From Octopus vulgaris (Eukaryota): a stretch of 64,000 nt of DNA. The stretch is from positions 64,728,001-64,792,000 of the forward strand of contig OX597825.1 in assembly GCA_951406725.2 (NCBI GenBank). The letters are read 5' to 3'. The position numbers were made by a program, and so were the translations under genes. The notes beneath the pieces were generated by a model. It was not told the DNA's origin. It did no database searches and worked only from the letters and a program-made list of their open reading frames with translations. This document shows positions 13,551 through 26,644 of the stretch, one piece after another; the stretch's first letter is position 1, and the number at the start of each line of letters is the position of its first letter.

Positions 13551-14479
13551 GGTTTTTTTTTTTACTTTTTCACATATCTTCTAAAGAGAAACTTTTCTAC
13601 GCAACAGAGTTCATTCTTAAAGAATGATATTTGGGTTCATTTCATATTTTGTTAGGGCAGCTGATGAAACTTGGCATCGTGATTACTGCATAAATCAATT
13701 AATGGTTTTCTTTTCTTTCGAAGTATTCAAGCCCAAACAAATTTTTTGAAGAAACTTCTACAACCAACACTGGATGGTATGCTCCGCTTTGGTAAATGGA
13801 ATAGTATTTTAGAGCAAAAACGCTCATTGATGACGAGAGAAGACTATAGTCAAAAAGGAGAAAATGTCTACGGTCATGTCGAAAGAGTTAAATGTCAAAT
13901 ATCTGTCAAAAAGGAGCAAAGACCACGCTATGTTTGAAAGGGAGAAGTCTATACTGATTTCGAAAGATATCTATCAGTCTCAAATTAAGTAGAGTTTGTA
14001 CAGTCGATTGATATATTGATGACTATATTTGGATCTGATGGATCTGTTCTGAACATCTACCACATAATTGTAGTCGTTAGCTACGGAATTTTATTTAAAA
14101 AACTTATGAAAAAAACTTCACTGCATAACACAGTAGGTTTTTCATGGTCACCAAAACATGGCTATTGTAAGTCTCAACTCCATCAGAGCTAGGCATTACT
14201 GGCCTGCAAAAAGCAAAAAGAAAAGGCAAAAAGCAAGACTATGTTAATTCTTATTCTAAATCTTGCCTGGAAAACATTTCCAATGTAAAAGGCATCCAAA
14301 TTAATGTTAATTTATTCAGATACATTACTATGTCATTAATTAAGGATTCAGAGTTTAATAAGAGCTACTTATGTTGGCATATTGTTCATCAAACCGGAAA
14401 TGCTATATCTGATGGAAAATTAAGCAGTTTAAAGAACTTTATTAGATTAATGTAATTGTTCAAAGTAAAATGATGAAGC

Positions 14480-15200
14480 AGCATTTATGGTGACGCTAAA
14501 GTTGTTGGCGAAAACATTGGAGCCCCAAAAGAATTCGCTAACAAGAGGAGAGAGAGAGACAGACAGAGTGAGACAAAGAGAGAGAAGGAAAATGAGATCC
14601 TTTGATGAATATGAGAGAAGTGATGCATATATTAATTCTGCCGACGAGGATAGGCTGAAGATAGAAGTATTTTACGCCATATTTCATTCGGCCATTTCAA
14701 ATAATGCAGGACGGTTCAATACTGCATCACATTTCAATAATTTATTTATATTCATTTGGGAATATCCTAAAATAGCAAATGGTTAGATTGAGCTCAATGT
14801 TAATCAATTGTGTTAAATATACATTATCGATATAATGAAAGTTGAAATATTCCATTTAAAATCAATACATAAATAAAATGTTTATCCAACCCCGATTCCA
14901 ACAATTAAATTATTAAACAAACTTACTGAGCTGCATCTTCAAGCAGCATTCCCTAATGAATTTATAGCATTTCATATACATATATATATATATATCCTTT
15001 TTTATGCGGCCTAGCAGTCATAATTGCACAGACGGAAAGATCTGTCAGAGCTTTGGCTTCTATAAAAATGTTACAAGATCAATGATGTGCCAAATAACAT
15101 CATCTCCCTGGAGATCTTTGCAATCAAAACCTGTCTTGCACGTTAACTCAATTGGATTTAATTAATGTCATTGCTAGTCACAAGACTCAAAAAACTTCCT
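14480..15200 (+). pseudogene. Decayed hAT-superfamily transposase (ZMYM1-like), C-terminal part; may extend upstream to about 13600
   Basis: Fragments KIEVFYAIFHSAISNNAGRF, AAFPNEFIAFHI, AVIIAQTERSVRALASIK/VTRSMMCQ and DLINVIASHKTQK match the hAT dimerisation-domain pattern (FPN..IAL...A..ERSFS.L..IK..LRS.M.Q). Many stops and frameshifts. Confidence 0.7.
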
Positions 15201-15411
15201 TTGTAATTAACGTTATAAATATTTTATTTCTTATTTGGTATAATACACACACACACACAACCACACACTCACACACACACTCACACATGCATACAAACAC
15301 ATACACACACTATAATGCTAGGAGATTCTGCTTGAGTATGCACGATGTTCTTTAAGGCTTTAGTAAATTGTAGTCAATGTATTATTGGTGTCCAAACGTA
15401 GAAATAAATAT

Positions 15412-15689
15412 GGGCTCAGGCGTGACTGTGAGTAGGTGCTTGTGTGGCTGTGACTAGGCGCATGCGTGGCAGGGGATAGGCGTATACGTGGCTCTGTTGA
15501 CTGGCACAAGCGTGGCTGGCTGGTAAGAAGCTTTCTTCCCAACCACATTGTTCTGGGTTCAGTCCCACTCCCTGTAATGTTGACCAAGCATCTGCAACTA
15601 TAGCTTCGGGCTCTCCAAAACGTTGTGAATGGATTTGCTACACGGGATAGAAAGAAGCCCGTATATATAATTATATATATGTATTTATG

Positions 15690-15752
<63 letters not shown>

Positions 15753-16050
15753 GTGTGTGTGTGTATGTATGTATATATGTGTGTGTATGTATGTATATAT
15801 GTGTGTGTGTATGTATATATATATATGTGTGTGTGTGTTTATGTATGTATATAAATGTATATATCTATGTGCGTGTCTTTGTGTTTGTGTTTATCCTCCA
15901 CTGGTGCCGGTATGCTTACGCTCCCATAACCCGGCGGTTCGTCAAAATAACCTATAGAACTATCAAGCTTTAAAATATTAAGACCGCCCTGGAGTCGATT
16001 AAATCCTTCAAGGAAGTGCCTCGGCATCACCGCAGTCTGACGACGGAAAT
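15412..16050 (+). mobile_element. Diverged SINE family A preceded by four extra tandem copies of its 5' ~22 bp
   Basis: Body 15503-16050 matches family A. 15412-15502 is four units resembling aggcgcaggcgtggctgtgact. Confidence 0.8.
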
Positions 16051-16615
16051 ACTCAATGCGTAGAAGATGTAAATAGTTATTGCTATGGCGAGGTAATGTG
16101 CAGTAAGTTTAAATTGAAACATTTTAGACTGAATAATTTATTAGCTGACTGGTCTAGTTGTTTGTGGTCGCACGTCAAGTATGGCTGTTGTACGAATATA
16201 AACTTAACACAACTATCAAATAGATATATTATTAAATAGATTATAGAGGGTCAAAGAAGAATATATATATTTAATCAGAGAATGTAACTGATACATATAA
16301 AGAAAGATAATAGATAAAAATTTAGAAATATGGATAGATTTTTCTGAAAATGGTAATTGTATTATATGTCCATTCATATATTTGTTGTCATTGTCTACAA
16401 ATGTGTGCGTAACCTACAGAACACAACATACGTAAAAGAATATCGTTGGAGAATGAAATTCGAGTTAAACGTATTCAGTTTAAATAAACCATATTTAACA
16501 TACGCCAAGTACTCTCTTCCTCACTGATATAATGTACATCAGTAATTGTGTGCATATGTGTGTGTGCTTGTGTGTGTGTGCGATGTACATACGTGAATAC
16601 ATAAGCTTAAAAAGC

Positions 16616-17017
16616 ATGCGCAGTCGTGGTTGTAGTAAGAAGCTTGCTTCCCAATCACATGGTCCCGGATTCTGTCCCACTGCGTGGTAACTTGATAATA
16701 TGTCTTCTACTATAGCCTCGGGCCGACCAATGCCTTGTGAATAGATTTGGTAGACGGAAACTGAAAGAAGCCCGTCTTATATATATATATATATTTATGT
16801 GTCTATGTTTGTCCTGTCGCCATTACTTGACAACCTATGTTGGAGTATTTATGTCCATGTATCTTAGCGGTTCGGGAAAAGAGACCAATAGAATAAGTAA
16901 TAGGCTTACAAAAAATAATTCCTGGTGTCGATTTCTTCGACTAAAATATTTTAAGACGGTGCTCCAGCATGGCTGCAGTGAAATGGTGAAACAAGTAAGA
17001 GAATAAAAGAATAAAAG
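16616..17017 (+). mobile_element. SINE family A
   Basis: gtaagaagcttgcttcccaatcacatgg...gacggaaactgaaagaagcccgtc...gctccagcatggctgcagt...gaaacaagtaagagaataaaag. Confidence 0.9.
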
Positions 17018-18212
17018 TATTCACTTATAGATATGAAGACAGGATCATATCAACATTGACTTTTTTAAATGAGAAGAAACATTATTGTGAAGTAGTAATG
17101 GCCGCGGAAATCATAATAAAGCGTGTCATTGTATAATCATTTTTCCTATTACTTAAGACTAATCTATAACGTTCAAGCTATACTCTCGGAAATTGCGATA
17201 ATTATGAAAGTGTTCCATCACATAACAACCCATTTTTATAGTACAAATAAAATTCTAGAAAGGAAGTTGCAAAAAATTAAAAACCTTTCACCTCATTAAA
17301 TTTTGACCTGTTGTACAACGAGGGCGCCTGTATCTGGACATACGATTCGTTAGAAAACAAGAACCAAATTTTACTGGAGTAAGACTACCGTTTTGAGAAT
17401 AAAGAGATTTTTTGATCGCTTAGAAATAGATTAGGCCTGACATGTCTGAACAAAAGAAGAGATGGACTTGAAACAACTGATGAACAGGATGCTGATGATG
17501 GATTGCTGGATGGACTACTGGATCGCTTTAGATATAGAGACACAGATAATTGGATAGAGAGCCACAGAGAGATGCATAGACACAAAGTATTGAGAAAACG
17601 GATGAGCAGACAAGCAAAATATAGTGTTATTATAACACTAAGTTTTATAGACTTTATGTGGTGGTCACGGTTAGGAGATTTTACATTATTTAACTGGTTT
17701 CTCGGTTGGAGCAGCGAGTGAGCCAAACACTAACTCCATTAACACCATCAGCGCAATACCACCTCAAACACAAACGAATACAGCAAGCGAGAATATTCTA
17801 TTCGAATTTACATAAGAGATTATAAATAATGGAGCTGCGAATGACAAAGCGTATTCAACCAACAAATATACAATATTAAACTCATATCATTGGTGTCTTC
17901 CATGGATTTTATACTTGTCTGAAACAATTTTCAAACGTAAAAGAAAGTCTGAAGTACTTCGACTGTAGTAATCTACTTATTTAAGAGGTTATAACTTGGA
18001 AATTGCAATTGCATATTCATTTATGCATACTATAACATTATGCACATTCTAATACAAATTTATGCATACACAATTACGCATACATCTGTGGTGTACTCGT
18101 GAATATGTGCAATGATGTAAATGTGTATGAAACCTATATATGAATATATGTATATATGTATTATCACATATATATAAATCTCATACACATTTACATCATT
18201 ATATGATGTGTA

Positions 18213-18261
<49 letters not shown>

Positions 18262-18280
18262 TATACAGAGATGTATATCC

Positions 18281-18354
<74 letters not shown>

Positions 18355-18369
18355 CTATGTATATGAAGG

Positions 18370-18727
18370 AAAAGTTAAATTCTGGTCAGAGAGTTAGCAA
18401 AGGTTTCGTATTAACGAAAGCCACAGCCTCGTTAGACTCTGTACAAAGACAAACGAATTTAGAGTTTCTACCATGAGAACCTGAGAAATCGTTTAGATAT
18501 CGAGATTTAAACGCTAACGTATAAAACCGTTAATGAGAACGGGTTTTTATGAGATAAATCTTTTATAGTTTTAGCCGATAAATCTTGATATTAGAGCGTT
18601 TCCTTATGTGCGCGTCGGACAATTTTTTTCTTCTGTCTTTGTATAGAGTCTGACGACTTGTCCACAAGTTTGTGGCTTTCGAGGATACGAAACCTGCGGC
18701 AAATCTACGACCAAAATTTAAATTTTT
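18370..18727. mobile_element. Diverged fold-back element; each inverted arm carries a degenerate hammerhead-like motif
   Basis: 18370-18450 is an imperfect reverse complement of 18635-18727. The plus arm reads tagagt CTGACGA...GAAAC ctgcggc aaatcta and the minus arm reads agagt CTAACGA...GAAAC ctttgcta actct. Confidence 0.6.
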
Positions 18728-18838
18728 GTTTTAATAATTGCAGCTCTATACTTTAAAGTGTGCTTCTTTCCTGATATATGTTTTATTGACTATATATGTA
18801 TGTATATATGTACACACACACACACACACACATACATA

Positions 18839-18888
<50 letters not shown>

Positions 18889-18985
18889 ACGGGAAGCTTT
18901 ATGAAAATAAACAAACGACGAAGGCAGGTGGAATACAAACAAACATTTGTATTAGTATGGCGCTCAGGAATATAAATAAAACAAG

Positions 18986-19023
18986 TCTTTTACGTTTCGA
19001 GCCTACGCTCTTCAACAGAAAGA
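18986..19023 (-). ncRNA. Minimal type-I hammerhead ribozyme motif (A6U variant) in a repeat spanning about 18890-19060
   Basis: Minus strand tcttt CTGTTGA a GAGC gtag GCTC GAAA CG TA aaaga. Stem I is 5 bp, stem II is 4 bp, stem III is the palindrome ACGT, and the triplet is GUA. Confidence 0.65.
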
Positions 19024-19090
19024 TACACAGAAAAGAAACACGGAGAGAAACAAGAGAAACAATATATATATATATACAGACATGTATATT

Positions 19091-19142
<52 letters not shown>

Positions 19143-19337
19143 GGCTGTCACGCATATACAAATACATATACGCACACAACTGCACACGCATATATTTGAT
19201 TTTTTTTTATCTGTACAGAGAGACAAACAGACAAACAACGAAAACATGGTAGAGGAAAGGATGCAAACAAACGTGGAACAAGAGCAATTATATGCATATA
19301 TATACAATTTGTAAACACAGTTGCGTACAAGTGTATC

Positions 19338-19369
<32 letters not shown>

Positions 19370-20319
19370 ATTCCATACACACATGAATACGTTTATAAGC
19401 TCTGACACATACACCTATATAAACATACGTACATATATAGCTACGTACTCAAAACAAAAGCGAGAACTTATCAAACGCGATATATACAAACACATTCCAA
19501 CACTAGCGATGTTTATAAATCTCCATGTTTATTTATCTCAATGTCCATCAATGAAATATTGCCTTTTGTACAACCGATTCTCTTCCAAATTAGCTACCTA
19601 TTCATTTCAATCTAAAAAAGTTTTAACAGCTAACCTTTTTAAGGATTTTCGTTGAATACTTCGTTAATTGGTGTCATATAATCATACGCATATATATTTG
19701 TGTGTTTGTGTATGTATATATAAACATTTGTGTGTGTTCGTTAATGTATATTTGCATGTTTGTAATCATATTTATATATATATATATATATATATTTTTA
19801 TATATATATATATACTAACATATGTATATGTATGAATGTGTGTATGTATACATACATATATATATATATATCTGTAATATATATATATCTGTAATATATA
19901 TTCACACGCATATATATATACATAATATATAATATATGTATAATATATATATATAATACATATAATATAAATATATATATATATGTGTGTGTGTGTGTAA
20001 AATGTCCCCGTGTATGCATCTTTGAAGACACGAACACAGAAATATAATGACATGTGTACGCGTAATAGGCAGAGCTCACATATCTGCTTTTAATTTAACA
20101 TTTGAGAGTCAAATATTACTCTGTGGATGCTGTCGTGTCTATTTACTTGTACAAGCTCTTGAATCATTTTGCCCTTCTCAGATTTTATAAGCAATTATCA
20201 TTTCCGATCGTCGTCGCCTCAAGGTAGAACCTCAAAAAGTATTTTTGATCTAGATACTTCGAATAATTTTACTGCATTGTGTTTTCTACTGATCTACTGA
20301 TCTAATTTTTGGTTTGTAA

Positions 20320-20470
20320 CTTCAATAATAATCTCTGTTACTCGAAGTTGTGTCCCTACAGCACTGCATTTGTGAAAGCCTTTTCACAGATGTATGTAAG
20401 GGAATTAGTGCGGTCACGCTTCATTTCTGAAAAGAATGGAAATTTTGAAGCAAGTATGTGTCTAGAATAT
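20320..20470 (-). pseudogene. Possible hAT transposase C-terminal remnant
   Basis: Minus strand SKFPFFSEMKR..LTYICEKAFT resembles the TYLCE..FS dimerisation motif. Short and degenerate. Confidence 0.35.
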
Positions 20471-21807
20471 ATGCGGAATCGTGTACAACAGTCAGTTGGT
20501 TGTAATGAAATGAATGATATTTGAAGAGTAATATGTTGAAGACCAAATAACGTTAAACTGTAGCATGTTTTATTGCTTGTTGGGTTTATCAGAAAATTCA
20601 ATATTGACTGATCATCGAACCCTTCACCCACAGACCATTCATTATTACATGTCACATCTCATCCATGGTAAATATTGTACGGCCAGTTAAATGACGTTGC
20701 TATTTGGGTACATCACCCAATTTTGTTTTTATTCCGTCTAATTTCTAAAATGGATAAAAACATAATATATTTCAAACATAATTGAGTATTTACCCAGAAT
20801 CAAGCATTTGTAATACATAGTCTAACAGCCAACGTAATATATTAAATCAATTATTAGACACAACATGCATTCACTTGGGGTACTTTTTGCCCTCAACTTA
20901 AATACGAGGCGTTGTAAATGTGAAAACCAACAGATGTGGAGATAGGTAAGAAACGCATACAGGGGAGCCAATAAACAAGGATCACCTATGCAGCGCAGAT
21001 GAACAAGAAAACTCAAGATAACGATGCCATAAGACAAGGAAACAATATAGAGATAGTAACATCTACTAAATCCACAGAACAGCGATGGTTTACTGAAAAT
21101 GTTCATCAAATATACATTATATCCTCACCAACAATACTTTTTATAGGAATGTATTGTGGTTTTATGTCATCAATTTTTATATATTTTGCCGAGTTTCCGT
21201 AAGATCGGTATAAGAAGCGGTAACTGGAAATTAGTGGTCATTATTAAAAATTCCTTTAAGTTCGTAATTTCGTAACTGGTGTTTCCTCGATGAAGAATAT
21301 CCCTCTAATATATTTGAAATTTTGCGATTATGGGAATCAATATATTTAGGTATGTGATCCGTATGAGATTTTATTACATTACTTTATGTTATTTCAATAA
21401 ATCTCAAGGTTAACTACATACAGATAGACAGAAATGCAAATAAAGTCGATAGATTATTCATTAGCAAGTTATATACCAGCGCAGGAATGATTATATATAT
21501 ATATGTGTGTGTGTGTGCGTATGTGCGTGTGTATGTATGCGTCTGTGTGTTTGGATATTTACGTTTCTTTTGGCTGCATGAGCGTCTGATTAGAAGCGAG
21601 ACACCAGGAGGGGAGAAGAGAAAATTTCCACTGAAATTAATATATAGATTGGGTTACATTTATATATATATATATATACACATAGACATATATATATATG
21701 GCATATATATGTATATATATGCTATATGTATGTATATATATATATACATCGTACATATGTATATATATATATGTATGTATAGAAATATATATATATATGT
21801 ATGTATG

Positions 21808-21838
<31 letters not shown>

Positions 21839-21839
21839 G

Positions 21840-21891
<52 letters not shown>

Positions 21892-22504
21892 GTTGAGAGA
21901 CACAGACGTTGAGAGGAATGAGGTGGAGCTAAGTAGAAATGTGCACACAGTATGCGCAAATTCATAAGCAGATAGGAAGTTTGATTATGTGCCAGATGGA
22001 TTGTCAAAGTTTATATAACTTATAAAAACATTGAAAATACTGGTAATAGCAATGTATACAAATACTGCGAGAAATTTTTTAACAAAGAATTCGAGATGTA
22101 GAGAAAGATATATAGGATCATAAGTTGAAAGTAATAACATTATATATTGTCATGAACACAGTTGTAAAGACATGAAGCCATTTTGTTTTTCATTTTTATG
22201 TCTTTGCGGTTTTATGTAAATATCTAGTGGACATGCCATGCAATAAAGTTGTATACTGTAAGTAAGTATAGTTTGGTTTAAGTTTTAGTGGGATGGGCTC
22301 CAATCATAAGGTCTTTGTTTTACAATAGTGGATCGGAACGAATGTATTATCTTTGAATATGACACATCATTTCGACCTACGCCATTTATGCATCTGTAAA
22401 CGAAGGCAAGACTATTTCATGCACAGCTCTCCCCATTTGCTCTGTCTCTGTCAGTCTCTTTCTCTCTCTCTCTGTTTGTCCGCCTCCCTCTGTCTGTCTG
22501 TCTG

Positions 22505-22574
<70 letters not shown>

Positions 22575-24002
22575 GTGTCATTGTGTTAGTTCAAGTGGCG
22601 AAAGCATTCCCATATATTCTCACAAATACATGAATACCTATGCAATTAAATTCACGAAGACACGGTAAAATCTATCAGTGCATGCATTTTACATACATTA
22701 ACACACACACAGAACACGCACAAACGCATTTATGCACCTACTTAAACACCGAACGCACGCACACACGTATATACACATATATAACCACTTACTGATACTT
22801 AAATACTTACATACAGTTACATCCGCTTGTCTAACATGTATCTAATCATGTATTTCTTATGTATATTAAAGTACAGATAGGCATAAGTAAGTATGCCTTT
22901 ATTACATGCACACATACATGTATGCCTGTCTGTTTTTGTGTTTGGTGGATTGTCTGTCGCGAATCTAAGCACTAGAATCCTTATTTAAAAATGTCAACTA
23001 CTTAATCAGTAATGGCTGACAAGAACTGTACTGTTAGCTATTGCTATGGCATTGTATTTGAGAATTAAGCTATCGGAAAAGATAGGTCTTAAATATACAA
23101 AATATAGAAGCTATAAAACATTGATTATATGATACATCGAAGGATATTTAGCTGTTCTATTACATAAAATTTTTCCAAAAATACAAAAGAAGTGTTGACA
23201 TCGCGCGAATGGTTGGAATAACAAATCGACTTGGATCCAAGCAGTCATTCGCATATGACCGAAAATCATGACTCTTAGAAAGATAGAGAAACTGCCTTAT
23301 GTATTGCTAAGTGGTATGTTATATACATGCATGTATGTGTGTGTAGTTGTGTGTGTGTGAGTATCTGATATAAGGTTTGTGCATGTATATGCTATTTATA
23401 TATCGAAACTTGAAAAAGATGCACGCGTACGGGTGTAATGTGTACGCATGAATTTATCCTAGTGAGTTATCGTATTTTGATGTATGTAAACCATGATGCA
23501 TGTAAAGCGTGGGGAAGAAGGAAAAGTTATGTAAATCACGCAACAAAAAAAACATATCGAATAAATAAAATAAAGGTAATAAAATTCTAAAATAGATACA
23601 AAAAAACCCAAAATAAAACAGAAAAGCCACGCCAATAAAGAGTCATACGTTGAAGAGACATTTTGGTAAACATCCAAAATGCTAATGTAACTGCAGCTTA
23701 CACATTGTCAATATTGATTACATAGCATTGATGTATTCCTGTAGAAGAGAATCTCAGAGAAAGCAAAAGACAAGGACAGAATTGATGGGAAAGTAGCAAA
23801 GGAATAATTGATTAGTGTAAACTACAAGATGGCCCTTGACTACATTTTCTTCCTTTAATATGCCAACAGCACGCTGCCTGCAGACATTTTGAGTGACAGT
23901 ATACATGTATGGGGTACATACATAGAATTTCTTCTTTATGCAAGAATATAAATATAAATTTGTGCGTGTGTAAATGTATGGATATATATATATATATGAA
24001 AA

Positions 24003-24125
24003 AATAAGTCAAAATAGAAAATGCTAAAATAATTTTATAAAAAAACATTTCAGTACCGGTTTCAGTCATTTTGAGACCTTTTCAACTGTAACGATTAAAT
24101 AATTAAATTTAGAAAAATTAAAAGA
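24003..24125 (-). mobile_element. Solo end fragment of the 45836-46525 fold-back family, including its hammerhead (24051-24088)
   Basis: Near-identical to 45836-45955 (aagtcaaaatagaaaatgctaaaataattttata...cagtaccggtttc.gtcattttgagaccttttcaactg). Flanked by (TA)n. Confidence 0.9.
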
Positions 24126-24296
24126 ATTATATATATATATATATATAGAAAAGGATAACTAAAAAACAAGTGGTACCCAGCGTTACCCGGGTCTATACAC
24201 TGTATTATAAAAAGTTATATACATATATGATCACATGCGTATCGTTGGCGATGTTCTTTCTCCGTCTTCCCTTCCTTGGACCTTTCCTTTTTCTTT

Positions 24297-24331
24297 GTTT
24301 CTGAAGAAGAGCTCTGTTCGAAACGTTAAAT
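24297..24331 (+). ncRNA. Minimal type-I hammerhead ribozyme motif in a repeat spanning about 24240-24380 (related to 18890-19060)
   Basis: gttt CTGAAGA a GAGC tct GTTC GAAA CG TT aaat. The core is canonical, stem II has one G-U pair, and stem III is palindromic AACGTT. The downstream cctgagcg is shared with the 18986 copy. Confidence 0.65.
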
Positions 24332-24594
24332 CCTCCTTTCTTTCCTCTCCTGAGCGTCCAGTAACACTATACTTTGCTAAATGCCTACTACCGTGCCAAA
24401 TCACACTCTGAGTTTTGGAAAATTACTTGGTACAAAACTCTAGGCACTCGAGTGGCTCCTACAGCAATCTCAGTGAATATAAAATATTACATGTCCTTTA
24501 CGTGGTGATCTACTTCTCTTGTTTCTAAAATGAAACATACTAACACTCATATGACTATATATAGATGCATTCCAAGTCTGGTTTGTTTATTCCT

Positions 24595-25394
24595 TTATAC
24601 TTTTATATTTTTACGCGTTTCAGTCATTTGACTGCGGTCATGCTGTAGCACTGCTTTAAAGAAATTAATCCATGACTTATTCTTAGTAAGCCTGGTACTT
24701 ATTCTATCAGCCTCTTTTGCGGATTCGCTAAGTAGCGGGGACATAGACACACAAACATCGGTTATCAAGCGATGGTGAGAGGACAAACACAGACACTCAC
24801 ACATAAACATATGCCTATGAATATAGGAGTGGCTGTGTGGTAAGTAGCTTGTTTACCAACCACATGGTTCCGGTTTCAGTCCCATTGAGTGGCACCTTGG
24901 GCAAGTGTCTTCTACTATAGCCACGGGCCGACCAAAGCCTTGTGAGTGGATTTGGTAGACGGAAACTGAAAAGAAGTCCGTCGTATATATGTACATATAT
25001 ATATATATATATATGCGTGTGTGTTTATCCTCCTAGCATTGCTTGACAACCGATGCTGGTCTGTTTATGTCCCCGTTTACTTAACGGTTCGGCAAAAGTA
25101 CCGATAGAATAAGTACTGGGCTTACAAAAAGAATAAGTCCCGAGGTCGAGTTGCTCGATTAAAGGTGGTGCTCCAGCATGGCCGCAGTCAAATGACTGAA
25201 ACAAATAAAAGAGTAAAAGAGTATATATACGATGGGCCTCATTCAGTTTCCGTCTACCAAATCCACTTACAAGGCTTTAGTCAACTCTAGGTTATAGTGG
25301 AAGACATTTGCCCAAGTTATCACAAAATAGGACTGAACCCGAAACAACGTGGCTGGGTAGTAAACCTATTATCACACAACTACTCGTTCGTCTA
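24595..25394 (-). mobile_element. Older SINE family A copy, split by an antisense family A insertion
   Basis: The 3' half lies at 24595-24812 and the 5' half at 25223-25394. Together they give one complete minus-strand copy. Confidence 0.85.
24825..25222 (+). mobile_element. SINE family A nested in the microsatellite of an opposite-strand copy
   Basis: aggagtggctgtgtggtaag...gactgaaacaaataaaagagtaaaagag. Confidence 0.92.
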
Positions 25395-25605
25395 TATTCA
25401 TGTGTAACGAATGTTTTACGCAGTCAATTGATTAGAGTTGCCAAAAATTGGAGAATATCTCTTTCATTTGTTAATAATTTTCATGACTAATCCATTTCCA
25501 AGATAGCGTTTCAATTAAGGCTAATATGGCTGGTATTTTTACCAATTTGATTCACCATGTACACTTTCTGTCGCTGGGTCGTATTTGTGTGTGTGTATAC
25601 ATACA

Positions 25606-25672
<67 letters not shown>

Positions 25673-25714
25673 ATGTATGTATGTATGTATGTATGTATGT
25701 ATGTATATATATAT

Positions 25715-25997
25715 AGCCTTGTGAACGTATTTAGTTGTCGCAAACTGAAAGAAGCCCGTCATATATTATATATACGTGTGTGTTTCGGTATGTGTTTGTC
25801 CCAGCACTTTCACCACCATCACTTGACAAACGATATTGGTGTGCTTACGTTGCCGTAACTTAGCGGTTTGGCAAAGGAGACCGATAAAACAAGTACTAGG
25901 CTTACAAAGTATATGTCCTGGCGTCGATTTATTCGACTAAAGGCGGTGCTCCAGCATGGACGCAACGCAGTCAGATGATTGAAACAAGTAAAAGAAT
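25715..25997 (+). mobile_element. SINE family A, 5'-truncated
   Basis: gccttgtga...aaactgaaagaagcccgtc...aaggcggtgctccagcatgg...gaaacaagtaaaag. Confidence 0.85.
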
Positions 25998-26076
25998 ATA
26001 TGTATGTGTGTGTGTATGTTTCTGTATATGTGTGTGGGCGTGTGTATGTATATGTACATATGTGTGTTAAAAATAT

Positions 26077-26260
26077 GGCTGTCAGTCTCGTGATGACTAC
26101 GACTGTTGCTGAGACATTAAGACCCATTTCTTTTGCTATTCGTAGCTGCACTTCCTAGACGGAACTGAGAAAGGTCGTGACAGATTGAGCAATCTTCCAC
26201 TGCAGTGGCTGGCCGAAAGACATTACTTTGTGAACTGTTGCATCTGCCTCTGGCATTTGT
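26077..26260 (-). mobile_element. Possible degenerate 3' end of an RTE-clade LINE
   Basis: The minus strand has a Cys-rich stretch ending tctaggaagtgcagc (SRKCS-like), followed by gtagtcatcacgagactgacagcc, which is reminiscent of RTE termini. Recollection only. Confidence 0.3.
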
Positions 26261-26568
26261 TAGTTGAAATCTGTTTCTAGGCAACTACGGAACGTCTATC
26301 AAAGAGATAATTTTCGAAACACTGATACAGAGACAAAGAGGCCAGCCAACCCAGCTAGCCAACCAAATAAATAGACATTGACACAAAGATATATGTGTGT
26401 GATTGTATGTGTTCGTGTGTTTGTGTGTGTTTGTGTGTGTGTAGTTAAGACACAATAATTTCGCCCTGGGTTGGGAGGTTTTACACCAGTTGTAAACATA
26501 TGTCAGCTACACTATGACCGCACCGTCTGATTAGATAAGTAGACAGACATACAGACAGACAGATAGAC

Positions 26569-26644
<76 letters not shown>

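Noticed and set aside
15412-15502. CRISPR-like appearance of short repeats (also 31873-32650 and 50616-50681)
   Set aside because: No unique spacers of constant length, no cas genes, and a eukaryotic context.
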